Positions 10,870 to 21,289 of a stretch of 64,000 nucleotides of DNA are shown here, one piece after another. Each line of letters opens with the position of its first letter. Position 1 is the first letter of the stretch. The DNA lies in the NCBI GenBank assembly GCA_029953675.1, contig JAMWBK010000006.1:2294001-2358000 (forward strand). The letters run 5' to 3'. Both the position numbers and the translations under genes were made by a program. The notes beneath the pieces are model-generated. The model was given only the letters and a program-made list of their open reading frames with translations, was not told the origin of the DNA and searched no databases. The stretch is from Rhodosorus marinus CCMP1338 (Eukaryota > Plantae > Rhodophyta).

Positions 10870-13800
10870 ATGGAGGGGGAGGAGGGTGTTTTGGGATTTG
10901 TTAGTGGCGTGCAGCTGCTGCGGGGAAGGTGCCAGAGCTTTACGGTGGATCCGAGGAGGACGCCTTTTGCCAGAAAGGGCGTTCTAAGGGCTAGCGTTGG
11001 GGAGGACTTTGGGGAGGAGAACGGGGTGGAGCTGGAGAGCTATAATGTCAAGGGGTTGATGGCGGAGAAGGTGCGTAAACGGTAGATCCTCCTGGTTCTC
11101 TCTGTTTTTCCGTAGGATCAGAGAGATGGGAGAAATTTTGTTTTGACGATTGAGTGCACGATTTCTGCTCTGGTGTTAGATTGATGCGGATCTGGGAAAT
11201 GGACCGGAGATCATGTTCAGCCAGCTCTCATCCACTGCTCAGAAAGCAATCGTTGGTGCAGCCGTCGCTGGAGCTGGTCTGGTTGGCTACGCTATCGTTC
11301 CGTCTCCAAACCAAGCACTTCACGTTGGATCGGGAGTAGTTGCAGCTGGTGCGGCAGTAGCCGGATCGTCTGCTCTTCTCACCGCCAGCAAGAAAGGCAC
11401 CAAGAAGGTTGCCGCGCAAATCTTGGCCACGCTTGGTCCAACGAATCCTAGTCTTCGAAACTCCCTTGGAGCTGCGAAAGTCGAGTAAGTTCGAGTTGCT
11501 CGGATGTGCCAGCTCCCGGTGTCCCTTAAACCTGCGTCTGACTGTGTTCGTTGTCATCCTCGAATAGGGCTGCAGTTGACGACGCGGAATGGCAATTGAC
11601 CATGAGAGATCTCTACATGAACTACTTCTACCAAATGATCTCATCTACCAAAGGAAAGGTTTTCTACAAGGAGATTAACCAGCTGACTGCACTCAAGCAG
11701 TCTCTCGGCCTGAGCGGACCCGAGGTCGGAGATGCACATTTCGAAGTCGGTAGACAATTCTACAGAGACAACATCATGTTCCTCGGCGATCCGGATGGGT
11801 AAGGGACTGCGCGGTCCACCGCATACCCAGAAAACGTATGCGTGGAGTAGTTGGTCTTGGCAGCCGGCTTGAGCTCAAGTGTTTTTGGTGCTTTTTTTAT
11901 TCACCTGTATTCAAGCGGCGAGGCTGCAGATACTTCTCAGAACAAGCTCAACAAGCTCCTGTTTCTGTCAGATCGAATGTTCACCGACAAGGAACCTGAG
12001 GAAGCCTACATGTATGAAACGGCGAGGTTGAGAAAACATTTCTCCCTGGAGGAGGACGAGTACAACAGCCGTGTTTCTTCCATTTCAGAGCCTTTCTATG
12101 CGGATTGCTTGTTGTTCGGAATGAACAACGATAGTGTGAAGCAGAGCGACTTACGTGCGGTGCAGAAGCTTCTCGGAGTCGCCGTGAGTTTTGCCCAAAT
12201 CTTCAAAAGCGTTTAGATGCGAAACTAGGGTAGTGTCGAGGGGAGCATTGAATTTTTTTTGCTGATCCGTCGTACCCCCCATTGAACACTTCGTACGCGA
12301 GGACTCCCAAGCCCGACAACTTGAAAAGGTTCAGTATTCAGATTACTTTGCGGAACTGATTAAGGAGACCGGTGAGGTCGCGGAGGAGGACGCTGAGGAG
12401 CTAGCACGCCTTCAGGAACTCCTGAACGTCTCCAGTCAAGAGGCCGAGAACGTGCTCCGTCGTGTTGCTGAGCCCGAGTTCAAGGCTACTGTATGTCTCA
12501 ACCCATCTGTCCACGCGCATGTTTTTCCGTGTTCCATATGTCCGATCGTGGCAACTCTGAGGTTAACGGACTGCGCTATTTTGTGTTAGGTGACTGGTGC
12601 ATTCGATACGGTCTTTGAGTCCGCGGACAACGTTGGCGAGGCGGCGAAGACGCTTACGGAGGAGAAGGAAAAGCTGAGAGTTCCCGATGATCTCGCAGCC
12701 GATTTGATTGGAACAGAGGCTCGATCTCGTATCCAGCCTTACGTTGAGTAAGCTTTACGATAACTTTGTGCGCAATCGGGGAGGCTGAATGTTTGGGAGC
12801 GTTGTTTTTGCTAAGAAAAAAACGCAACTTGCTCTTTGTCTAATGCAAACCTAGTTCATCCGTCAAGTTTCTGAGAGTTTCGAACGTGTTCGCGAGTGCC
12901 AAGGAAATCGTGAAGCTGCTCGATGCAGTGGGCAAGATTTCGAATTTTTTGATTGCCTTGAACCCGGGAATGGGTGAACTAGACGCTCTTACAATGTACA
13001 CAAAGCAAGACGGCGCCATACGAGAAGCAAGCCAGTTGTATAGTATTTACCTTCAGGAGCTGCTCAAAGCGGACGGGAAAGTGCGTGTTTGAAAGGCACC
13101 AGTTGACCGGGGGCCAAGCTGACCGCCTTGTAGATATGGTACTCATGCTTTGCCTGTTGCTTATGTTTCATCATCAGGTCACAGACGAGGCCAAGGGGTA
13201 CCTTGAGCGCTTGAAGCTTATTCTCGGCCTTTCGTCGTTTGATGCTGACGAGGCTTATAGGAAAGCCACTGGGCCCTTGTTCAAAAATCAGGTACGTGCG
13301 AAAGGAACTGCTTTCGGCTATTTCATATCGCCAGGAGATGTTCGAGAGAGCCCGTCGCTGAATGAGCTCGTTTGGGTTGCAACGTTATTTAACAGTTGAC
13401 GTCGATATTCAAAGCGAACACCTTCGATGACGCAGCGAGGGAGCTGCTCAATGGACTGCAGAGTGACTTAACTCTTCCGGACGCCGTAGCAGCTACTATG
13501 AAGCTGGACGCTTACGGGGACAGGCTAGCCAGCTTTGTGAAGGACAACAGGATCCTCACCACCGAGGAAGGAGAGCGGCTCAGGAATATTCGCGACTTCC
13601 TAGGACTCGACGTCGATGATGTAAGGCGCAGCCAACAACCCCGGGAAAAAGCCTGCGTGATCCAGAAATGCCTTTAGGCGCCTCACACGCATGGCTCCGT
13701 ATCATGCGCCGGTTTCTTTCTTGTATAGGTTACCGACGTTCACAACAGGCTGTGCAGCGCAGTTTATGAGCAGAGCGTCATCGAAGCAATGGGAAGTACT

Positions 13801-15224
13801 GGAATAATAATGGACAACGTGAGAGATGCTCTAGGCAAGCTCAAGGACCGGCTTATGCTGTCCGAAGAGACCGCGAATGAGATCCTCTATGCTGTTTCGA
13901 AGGGAAGAATGAAGGGGTACGCTATGCGAGCTCTTGACAGCCTGGAGAAGAAGCGATCTATGCGTGGCCAGACAGAACAGCGGGATACCGGTGACGATCC
14001 GTTCATTAAGAGGGCGGGAGCCCAGCTTGGAATCGACGCGGGTGGATTGAACGTGGAACTGCACAACCTTGTGGACTTTTACACTCGCAACAACCTCATG
14101 GTAGTTACGGAGGTGCCGTCTGAGGAAGATGGAGAAACGAAGACCAAGAAAGTGGCGGAATTCCCCGTTACGTTGCGAGATGTGTTGAAGATGGACGTTT
14201 TGAACGAGCTGTACAAGCAATACTTGATACAGTGTTTTTCGGCGAAGTCCCGAGAGGAGAAGGAGAGGCTATTTGCCTCCTTGGATCAGCTCGGCTCGAT
14301 TCTCGGACTAGAGCAGGAGGAAGTTGATAAGATCCACTCCGACATTGGCTCCGTGATTTACAGGAACTACATCTCTCAGCAGCTGCTGGTTGGCAGCTTG
14401 GAACAGAAAGACATAGAGTTCCTGGCGAGCATTCAGAAATCCCTGGCCATGACGCCGAAGCAATGCGCTGATATCATGCAGGAGGCGAAGAAATCGCGAG
14501 TATCGGTTCTCTTGGAGCAGACAATATCGCGTCAGAAGATCTTCCCCGAGAATGCTAGAAAAGTTCGAACCACAGCGAAGGAGCTCGATGTCGACATTGT
14601 GAAGGATCTTGGGGTAAGTGCAAGTATCTTGCACTTATAAAGATGCTTGATATTAGACTTTGTTCTAATTCACTAGCCGTCGTTTTGGCTAGGTACCAAA
14701 TGTCGATCGGATGAGGACCTTCAATGTGGAGATCGACAACGGCATTGAGACAGGGGAGATTACCGAAGATGAGCAGGCGCTTATTCGCGACGCCAAGGAG
14801 GGATGGCAGTTGAGCGACGACGATGCGAAAACTGTTTTGCTCGAGAATATCGAGAAACGAACCTCAGGTTTGCTTGTTCAGGCAGCGTCATCGGTGCGAC
14901 AAGGAAACCAGGATAATGCTGTAGCAGAAGTAGCAACGCTGCTGAAGTTTGGAAGGCTCCTTCCAGCGGAGGTAATACTTAACTATTCGGGTGTTCGAGT
15001 CGGTCCATGCATTTGCGCGGAGTTTTGACTAAGCCTCTTTTTTGTTTTCCGTATCTCCCCAGGTTGCCTCACCGGTAGTTTCAGATGCAGAGAAGCAAGA
15101 GCTTCTACTGTTGTATCAGGCGTCCTTGATCTCCGATTCAGCTATGACGGAGAAGTCCAAGGGCGACATTGATCTGCTCACAACAATGCTCGGCATCAGT
15201 GACGAAGTTATGCAAGGTGCTTAA
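10870..15224 (+). CDS. TIC110: Plastid inner-envelope translocon component Tic110, multi-exon
   Basis: Transit-peptide-like start (GFVSGVQLL), two adjacent hydrophobic helices, then a long helical body. The segment LTALKQSLGLSGPEVGDAHFEVGRQFY resembles the plant Tic110 region ALGIDEPDAAAMHMEIGRRIF as recalled. The exons I traced join in frame; later junctions were not all checked. Confidence 0.78.
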
Positions 15225-15370
15225 TCGTGTTGAAAATCCATACAAAATTGACTAAACCCAAACCAGCCAATCCCTTTTTGAAGATGGACTCTTTTCCTTG
15301 AAGTAGTTATTTCAAACCTCTCCGATGTTCACCTGACGTTCACCCCTCACCCGCTGTTATCACAACCAGC

Positions 15371-15552
15371 GTCCGCCAAACCATGCCAATGCCAATCTCC
15401 AATATCAACAAATCGCAACCAGAGTCCGCCAACTATGTCCAATGCCAATCGACAATCTCAACAAATCACAAAAGGGGGTCCACCCCCCACCCCGCCCGCC
15501 CCCCCCCCGCCGCCAACTATGAATGCCCCTCGCCAATCTCAGCAAATCACCA
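15371..15552 (+). repeat. Three degenerate ~45-50 nt direct repeats with six CCAAT motifs, interrupted by a C-tract
   Basis: Copies start at 15371, 15424 and 15509 (core CCGCCAA.(C/T)ATG...CAAT(A/C)TCA(A/G)CAAATC). CCAAT occurs at 15386, 15392, 15399, 15439, 15445 and 15533. Confidence 0.75.
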
Positions 15553-16180
15553 CCTTGTGCTTTCTCACTCGCGAAATACATGTTAAAATCATCAATCATC
15601 GAGCTTTCTGTTTTAATCCAAAATTCTAGAAATTCATGGATGATCTCAGAAAGGAAGTTCGTGGATAACATTACCTTTTAGTACCTACTACTTTTTACCT
15701 CTCCAAAAAGAATCGGAAAACCCTTTAGATATTTAAAATAAGTAGTTTTTAAAGCGATATCGTTCCCCACATACTTTTTATACCCCCCCCCCCCTCCCTT
15801 CTTTCCCGTCTTTCTTTGACTCCAAAAGGACCCCGAAGGATAAATTAGATTCTTCAATTAAAAAACGAGGGCGAGTTTTTACGTGCATTTCGGGGGATAT
15901 TTTCGGAGAAATCAATCAAAAAAATAAAAAATATAGCCTCAAAATATATAAAACTTCAAGGAACACCCGACCACGCCATTGCGGGATAGGTGACAGTTAT
16001 AGCCTACTATGGAGCAATACTTGTTTTAGTACTTGATGATTTATTATATAATAGTATAATTAACGTGTTTTGTACGTTAGTGTATGTACTATAAAATATT
16101 TACTTGTCATATCTAGGTCTTGTGCTTCTTGTTCTTGGCGCTTTTAATGGAGGGAGAACTTTAGAAGGTATGGACAGTTT

Positions 16181-16204
16181 GGGGTGGGGGTGGGGAAGCT
16201 AGGG
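16181..16204 (+). promoter_or_regulatory. Canonical G-quadruplex motif about 110 nt upstream of the ISCU start codon
   Basis: GGGG-T-GGGGG-T-GGGG-AAGCTA-GGG gives four G-runs with short loops. Function is not shown. Confidence 0.45.
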
Positions 16205-16316
16205 AGAGATAGCTGCGTTGGAAGAGGTTGGATGGCAAATCCGTGGAAAGGTTTTGTATTGGTTTTAGTCACTTGGAGGTTGTGGGATAATTGTTGAACA
16301 GGTTGTTTTGTGGAAG

Positions 16317-16823
16317 ATGTCGTTGAGTTTGCTTAACTATGCGCGGGTGGCGGGGAGTGGTCGATGGGCGTTGGGGGTGATGGCTGGGAATTCACGTGCT
16401 TATCATCAGAAGGTTATTGATCACTACGAGAATCCTAGGAATGTTGGCTCGCTGTCGAAGGAGGACCCTGACGTTGGGACTGGGCTCGTTGGGGCTCCTG
16501 CTTGTGGTGATGTTATGAAGCTGCAGATTCGTGTCGATAAGGAAGGGAACATTGTGGAGAGCAAGTTTAAGACCTTCGGTTGCGGCTCGGCAATTGCTTC
16601 GTCTTCGTTGGCAACGGAAATGGTGAAGGGTATGAACGTCAATGACGCAGTGAAGATTAAGAATGCAGAAATCGCGAGCGAGCTGAAGCTCCCCCCTGTC
16701 AAGCTGCATTGCAGTATGCTGGCAGAGGATGCCATCAAGGCCGCTGTGAAGAACTTGGAGGAGAAGCGTGCTAAATCTGACCTGAATGAGGCGGAGGCGG
16801 AGGCGGAGGCGACGACGGCGTAA
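16317..16823 (+). CDS. ISCU: Mitochondrial iron-sulfur cluster scaffold protein IscU/ISU1, intronless
   Basis: Presequence-like N-terminus, then YHQKVIDHYENPRNVGSL, GAPACGDVMKLQI, FKTFGCGSAIASSS and LPPVKLHCSMLAEDAIKAA, with all three conserved cysteines. Confidence 0.97.
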   Translation: MSLSLLNYARVAGSGRWALGVMAGNSRAYHQKVIDHYENPRNVGSLSKEDPDVGTGLVGAPACGDVMKLQIRVDKEGNIVESKFKTFGCGSAIASSSLATEMVKGMNVNDAVKIKNAEIASELKLPPVKLHCSMLAEDAIKAAVKNLEEKRAKSDLNEAEAEAEATTA

Positions 16824-17311
16824 GGACACGTCAGGTTGTCGTTTGGACTCTCTTGGTCTCTAAACAAGAAGTCTATAGTCCAATTTCATCATTTCCTCCG
16901 TCTTCCAAGCCTAGATAGCTCGGATTAGTCCGAGCTTTAGTTGCATATGTATATATTGCTTACCCAGCGATGAATTTGCTGAAACGCGTGCGCGTATGAA
17001 ACCACCACCCTATAATGCTGAAATTCGGGATATGAATTTTTGGCTTCTTCGACTTTGTTTGTTTAAAGTGTTTTAAGCTTTGATAAATATGCTTGGAGAC
17101 GGTACAACCACTCCTTTGATTCTAAACTTGACTGTCCAGAGCTTTCCAGTGTCATCTTTGTGTACAAGGCAGTGTCCTTCGAGGAAGCCAATACTCTCCA
17201 TCTCAAGAACACTCGTCGAACTATGTTGTCTTACATACGGCGGGGGGTTGGTTGTCCGACACTTAAGAACTTTTCTCCACCGTTTCGCGCTCGGGCGAGG
17301 TATTGTGAGCT

Positions 17312-20300
17312 TCATCCTGCGGTTTTTTTCGCGTCATCTTCTCGAGCAGCCTGCTTCGCAGAATCCGACCCAGAGGGTGCTGTATCGGGTTCTAGAGGTG
17401 CCTCACTTCTGTCCGCAACTCGTCCCGATGCCTCAACAGCTTCCTCGAATTTCCCTGGACTAAGGTCACTGCCATTCTGCACGTCTCGTGAGACTGGGTC
17501 AGTCGGTTCGCTTTGCACCTCGGATTCAGGGTGCGCCTCGGGTTCGGGCTCCACTTCCGAATCAGGGTGCGCCTCAGAATCGGGTTGCTCTTCTGTTCTG
17601 TTTTGTGGGGTCTCGGCTTCGTCGGTATCGGCTTGTTCGTCGGCATCGGCTTGTTCGTCGGCATCGGCTTGTTCGTCGACGGCATCGGCTTGTTCGTCGG
17701 CATCGGCTTGTTCGTCGGCATCGGCTTGTTCGTCGGCATCGGCTTGTTCGTCGGCATCGGCTTGTTCGTCGGCATCGGCTTGTTCGTCGACTGCATCGGC
17801 TTGTTCGTCGACTGCATCGGCTTGTTCGTCGACTGCATCGGCTTGTTCGTCGACTGCATCGGCTTGTTCGTCGACTGCATCGGCTTGTTCGTCGACTGCA
17901 TCGGCTTGTTCGTCAGCATCGGCTTGTGCGTCAGCACCGGCTTGTTCGTCAGCACCGGCTTGTTCGTCGGCATCGGCTTGTTCGTAGACATCGGCTTGCT
18001 CGTCGGCAGCGGCTTTCTCGTCGGCATCGGCTTGCTCGTCGGCATCGGTTTGTTCGCCGGCATCGGCTTGTACGTCGTCATCGGCTTGTTCGTCGGCATC
18101 GGCTTGGTCGTCGACATCGGCTTGTTCGTCGGAAGCGGCTTGTCCGTCGGAATCGGCGTGTGCTTTGGTTGCATCAGCTTGCTCGTCGGAATCGGTTGGG
18201 GCTTTGGCATTTGCCTGAATTTCGGCAGCGGCTTGCGCTTCGGAATCAGACTCTTCTTCGCTCTGCATTTCCGAGTCTGGCTGAACTTCAGAATCGAGTC
18301 GCGCCTCGGGTTCCAGTCTGACCTCGGGTCTCGCTTCAGATTTTTCTTCTCCTTCCAAGGCAGCATCACCCTGAACCTGCTCCGCTTTCTTTGTCTCTGG
18401 TGACCCAACCTCAGCCTTGATCGACGGGTCCTTCTCAGCATCGACCTTCTCCTGAATGTCCTGGTGTACCTCTTGGCCTGCGGTTAGCGTTCCCAATGGC
18501 CTGTCCGCATCTGTGTATTCTTGATTTACGGGTTTCTCTGAAACTTCAAGCTCCATCGGACTTGCTGAAGTTCCCCTTTCTTCAGCAGCCGAGTCTACTT
18601 GATCCGAGGGTCCAGGAGAATCTTGTGCGGGTTCGTGATCTACGTCCTCCGACCTGATATCGACTTCAGACACCTTTGCGGAAACATCAGGCCCTTCCGC
18701 TCCTCCGTCAACGTCCATAGCATCACCCTTATCCTCTTGCACACCACCAGCATCCTTCGCAACCTCCTCGTTCCCGTCTTCCCCACTTCCGTCCTCCTCA
18801 TCAGCGGCTTCCGCTTGTGCCTCTCCTCCATCCGACATACTCTCCGCCGGCCTGAGCTCCTTCTGAAGCTCATCAGCAACGCTACTTTTCTCGTCATATT
18901 TGGTGGCCTCCTTACCCTCCGTCTGATCCTCTGCCTTACTAGCAGCCATAGGCTCTTCAGATTCGTCCTCTTCCGCACCCTCTTCGCTGTCTTGAGTATT
19001 AGCACCCACCGCAACATCAACATCCATTCCTTCCTCCGCTGCTCCTTCATCTACAGTCTTTTCTTCGTTTCCCGGTGCTGAGCTCACGTTCTGATTCTTT
19101 TCCTCCCGCTTCTCCCCATGACCGGTTCTATTTTCCCCAATCTCTGGTCCCACTTTCTCAGCATCTGCTGGTTCACCGGGCACTGGTGACTCCCTTAACG
19201 GCTCCTTTGGAGGAGTCACTGACAGATTGCTAGCTCCCGCAGCGCTATCAACCGCATCCGGTTGTCCCACACTGTCTGAGAGCATCTGCTGATTCTCTGA
19301 AGAGCTGGGATTTGGTAGATCTTGCGTATCCACTTGCATTTTGTCATTGGAGCCTGCCGCCTCTCTCTCCCCTAGTGCCTGCTCCTCCGCTTTCCTATCG
19401 CCCGTTGCTCCTACTTGTCCCTCTTCGCTTCGGTCTTTGTCATCTTTAACCTCTTCGGTTCCGGACTGCGAAGGAGCCATACTGCCATCTTCCTCACCGT
19501 ACACATCCATTGGCTCGGGCTTTTCTCCTTGCTCCTTGGGGACGTCCTCGTTGGAGCCTTCTTCTTTCGTACCAATTGTGTCCTCATTTGAATGTGCATC
19601 CTGCGCTGAGTCTGTACCGCTCATGTCCTTTTTCGCAGTGCCTTTGTCGGATCCCTCGAGGTCCTGCCTGGCTTTTTCGAGTTCATGGGCAGCGAACCCA
19701 ACAAGGTATTTGTCGTAAGTTGCTGACAAGCTTGCTTTGATATCATCATCTGACGATTCTGCGCTGTCGTACATGGCCTTCCACACCAGAGCTCGGCTCT
19801 CGGGGCTCAACTCGGCAACCGGCCCACCGTCTTGTTTCCTGATCGCGAGATACAGTGGGTAGAGATCTAGCTCTGAGCTCTGCTTCCCGTTTCCCGCCTC
19901 AAGTTTCAGCCCACGAAGGTTGAGAAACTCTCTCAAGGTGCTTCTGAAGGATTCCTCATCAGCGGACGAAGATTCTGGAGTACTCGAGTCCTGATCCAGT
20001 TCCTGTTCTTTCTTCTGTTTTGTAGTAGCCCCGTCCCCCGTCCCACCCCTTTCGCGAGGAAGTTTCTTAGCTGCGATCTTCGTCTTGTGGATAGTGGTTC
20101 TCAGCTCATCCCACTTTTCCGCACGGCGAACCTTAGCCACAGCTACTTGGACGTTGTGGGCGAGGCTCTCGCTCTTCAGGCCCAGACCCTTGTGCGAGCA
20201 TAGAAAACAGCGATAATCGCTCCAAATCACGTCCAACGAGTCTCCATCATCCAAACCAAGACAATAGGCGTGTGAACGGCATCTACAAATACAACACTCC

Positions 20301-21289
20301 ACAAGAGTCCCGACCTTCCTGCTCGAGCCACAAGCGCACTTCACAATTTCTGAAGCCATGCCCTGACCCGACACTTGCTTGTCCTTGACACTCAGTTGCC
20401 TCCGTTTACCTCTACGTCCGGGTTCTGTCCAAGAGTTGACGTACGCAGCCGAGTCAAAGAGCGGGCGATTGTACTCCCCTGTGGAGTCTCCGGGATCAAC
20501 AGCATTCCGCGTCCTTTTCCGCTGTGAAAGAATCTGATGTGAGGCGACATCCAAAGAAGCCGGATCGAGCTCAATTCGATCCTTTTCGACCGGAGGCAGT
20601 CGAAGAACAGGACTCGGCGGAGTCTTGCAGTCAAAATCTGTTTCTTTAGCTCCGAGTTGGACCTCGAGATCGTCCACTTGCAATCTCATGATCCGTTCAT
20701 CATCAAACAAGACGTCGTGTTCGCCATCCGCATCATTGTATCCCAAAATCAGCCCCCATCGGTAGTAGAAGTGGTCACCCTGCTGATCAAAAAATCTCAC
20801 TTTAAGCGTATGTCCGACGAGATCCTTTGCCGCACGTAATGATTTTCCAGCGGGAAATTCTTTGGCCTTTCTTTCTCTTTCGTAACTGAGTAGTACAGAC
20901 TGGTAAAGCTTTGCCAGACGATGTGAAATTGAAGTCAACGTTTTGCTGAGGCCAAGGGCCGTCCTCACTTGCGACCAGCTTCTCGATTCTTCGACGTTCC
21001 TGTACCCACCGCGATTGACATACACTTCAGTGAAAAGACTCGGCAAAAACCTGGACAAGCTCATAGTACCGATTCGACCCGGGAGATCCGATACAATGAT
21101 CCCAAGTTCCCGATTATAAGACAAAATGTCATTGTACAGATCCATCTCCGGATCCAGGGAGTAGGTTACCCCTTGCAATTCTTTGGAGCAATATACGGAA
21201 CCTTCCAAGGCACCCCGACGGCCAGCAGACCGAGCCCTACGCCCTGATCTATCCACCGGTTTCTCATCCGCATCTCCTATCCCACCCAT
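17312..21289 (-). CDS. Chromatin protein: ARID, Tudor-like, PHD finger, second ARID-like domain and ~800-aa acidic disordered tail; intronless, 1325 aa
   Basis: ARID-like SLFTEVYVNRGGYRNVEESRSWSQVRTALGL...RLAKLYQSVLLSYE. Tudor-like LVGHTLKVRF...WGLILGYNDADGEHDVLFDD. PHD C4HC3 VKCACG...ECCICRCRSHAYC...YRCFLC. Second ARID-like ELDLYPLYLAIRKQDGG...TYDKYLVGF. Confidence 0.85.
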   Translation of the reverse strand: MGGIGDADEKPVDRSGRRARSAGRRGALEGSVYCSKELQGVTYSLDPEMDLYNDILSYNRELGIIVSDLPGRIGTMSLSRFLPSLFTEVYVNRGGYRNVEESRSWSQVRTALGLSKTLTSISHRLAKLYQSVLLSYERERKAKEFPAGKSLRAAKDLVGHTLKVRFFDQQGDHFYYRWGLILGYNDADGEHDVLFDDERIMRLQVDDLEVQLGAKETDFDCKTPPSPVLRLPPVEKDRIELDPASLDVASHQILSQRKRTRNAVDPGDSTGEYNRPLFDSAAYVNSWTEPGRRGKRRQLSVKDKQVSGQGMASEIVKCACGSSRKVGTLVECCICRCRSHAYCLGLDDGDSLDVIWSDYRCFLCSHKGLGLKSESLAHNVQVAVAKVRRAEKWDELRTTIHKTKIAAKKLPRERGGTGDGATTKQKKEQELDQDSSTPESSSADEESFRSTLREFLNLRGLKLEAGNGKQSSELDLYPLYLAIRKQDGGPVAELSPESRALVWKAMYDSAESSDDDIKASLSATYDKYLVGFAAHELEKARQDLEGSDKGTAKKDMSGTDSAQDAHSNEDTIGTKEEGSNEDVPKEQGEKPEPMDVYGEEDGSMAPSQSGTEEVKDDKDRSEEGQVGATGDRKAEEQALGEREAAGSNDKMQVDTQDLPNPSSSENQQMLSDSVGQPDAVDSAAGASNLSVTPPKEPLRESPVPGEPADAEKVGPEIGENRTGHGEKREEKNQNVSSAPGNEEKTVDEGAAEEGMDVDVAVGANTQDSEEGAEEDESEEPMAASKAEDQTEGKEATKYDEKSSVADELQKELRPAESMSDGGEAQAEAADEEDGSGEDGNEEVAKDAGGVQEDKGDAMDVDGGAEGPDVSAKVSEVDIRSEDVDHEPAQDSPGPSDQVDSAAEERGTSASPMELEVSEKPVNQEYTDADRPLGTLTAGQEVHQDIQEKVDAEKDPSIKAEVGSPETKKAEQVQGDAALEGEEKSEARPEVRLEPEARLDSEVQPDSEMQSEEESDSEAQAAAEIQANAKAPTDSDEQADATKAHADSDGQAASDEQADVDDQADADEQADDDVQADAGEQTDADEQADADEKAAADEQADVYEQADADEQAGADEQAGADAQADADEQADAVDEQADAVDEQADAVDEQADAVDEQADAVDEQADAVDEQADADEQADADEQADADEQADADEQADADEQADAVDEQADADEQADADEQADTDEAETPQNRTEEQPDSEAHPDSEVEPEPEAHPESEVQSEPTDPVSRDVQNGSDLSPGKFEEAVEASGRVADRSEAPLEPDTAPSGSDSAKQAAREDDAKKTAG
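17615..18195 (-). repeat. Coding minisatellite of 18-nt and 21-nt units encoding DEQADA / DEQADAV (about 27 units, degenerate at the edges)
   Basis: Plus-strand units are CTTGTTCGTCGGCATCGG and CTTGTTCGTCGACTGCATCGG, in tandem without spacers. Confidence 0.97.

Noticed and set aside
17615-18195. Regular short repeats considered as a CRISPR array
   Set aside because: The units are directly tandem without unique spacers, lie inside a eukaryotic CDS, and there are no cas genes.
17160-18441. Long alternative-frame and antisense ORFs over the repeat (SACSSA, TNKPMP, RRHRLV and GIGLFV repeats)
   Set aside because: They follow from a stop-free 18/21-nt unit and end near the array edges. Only the DEQADA frame is continuous with a domain-bearing 1325-aa ORF.
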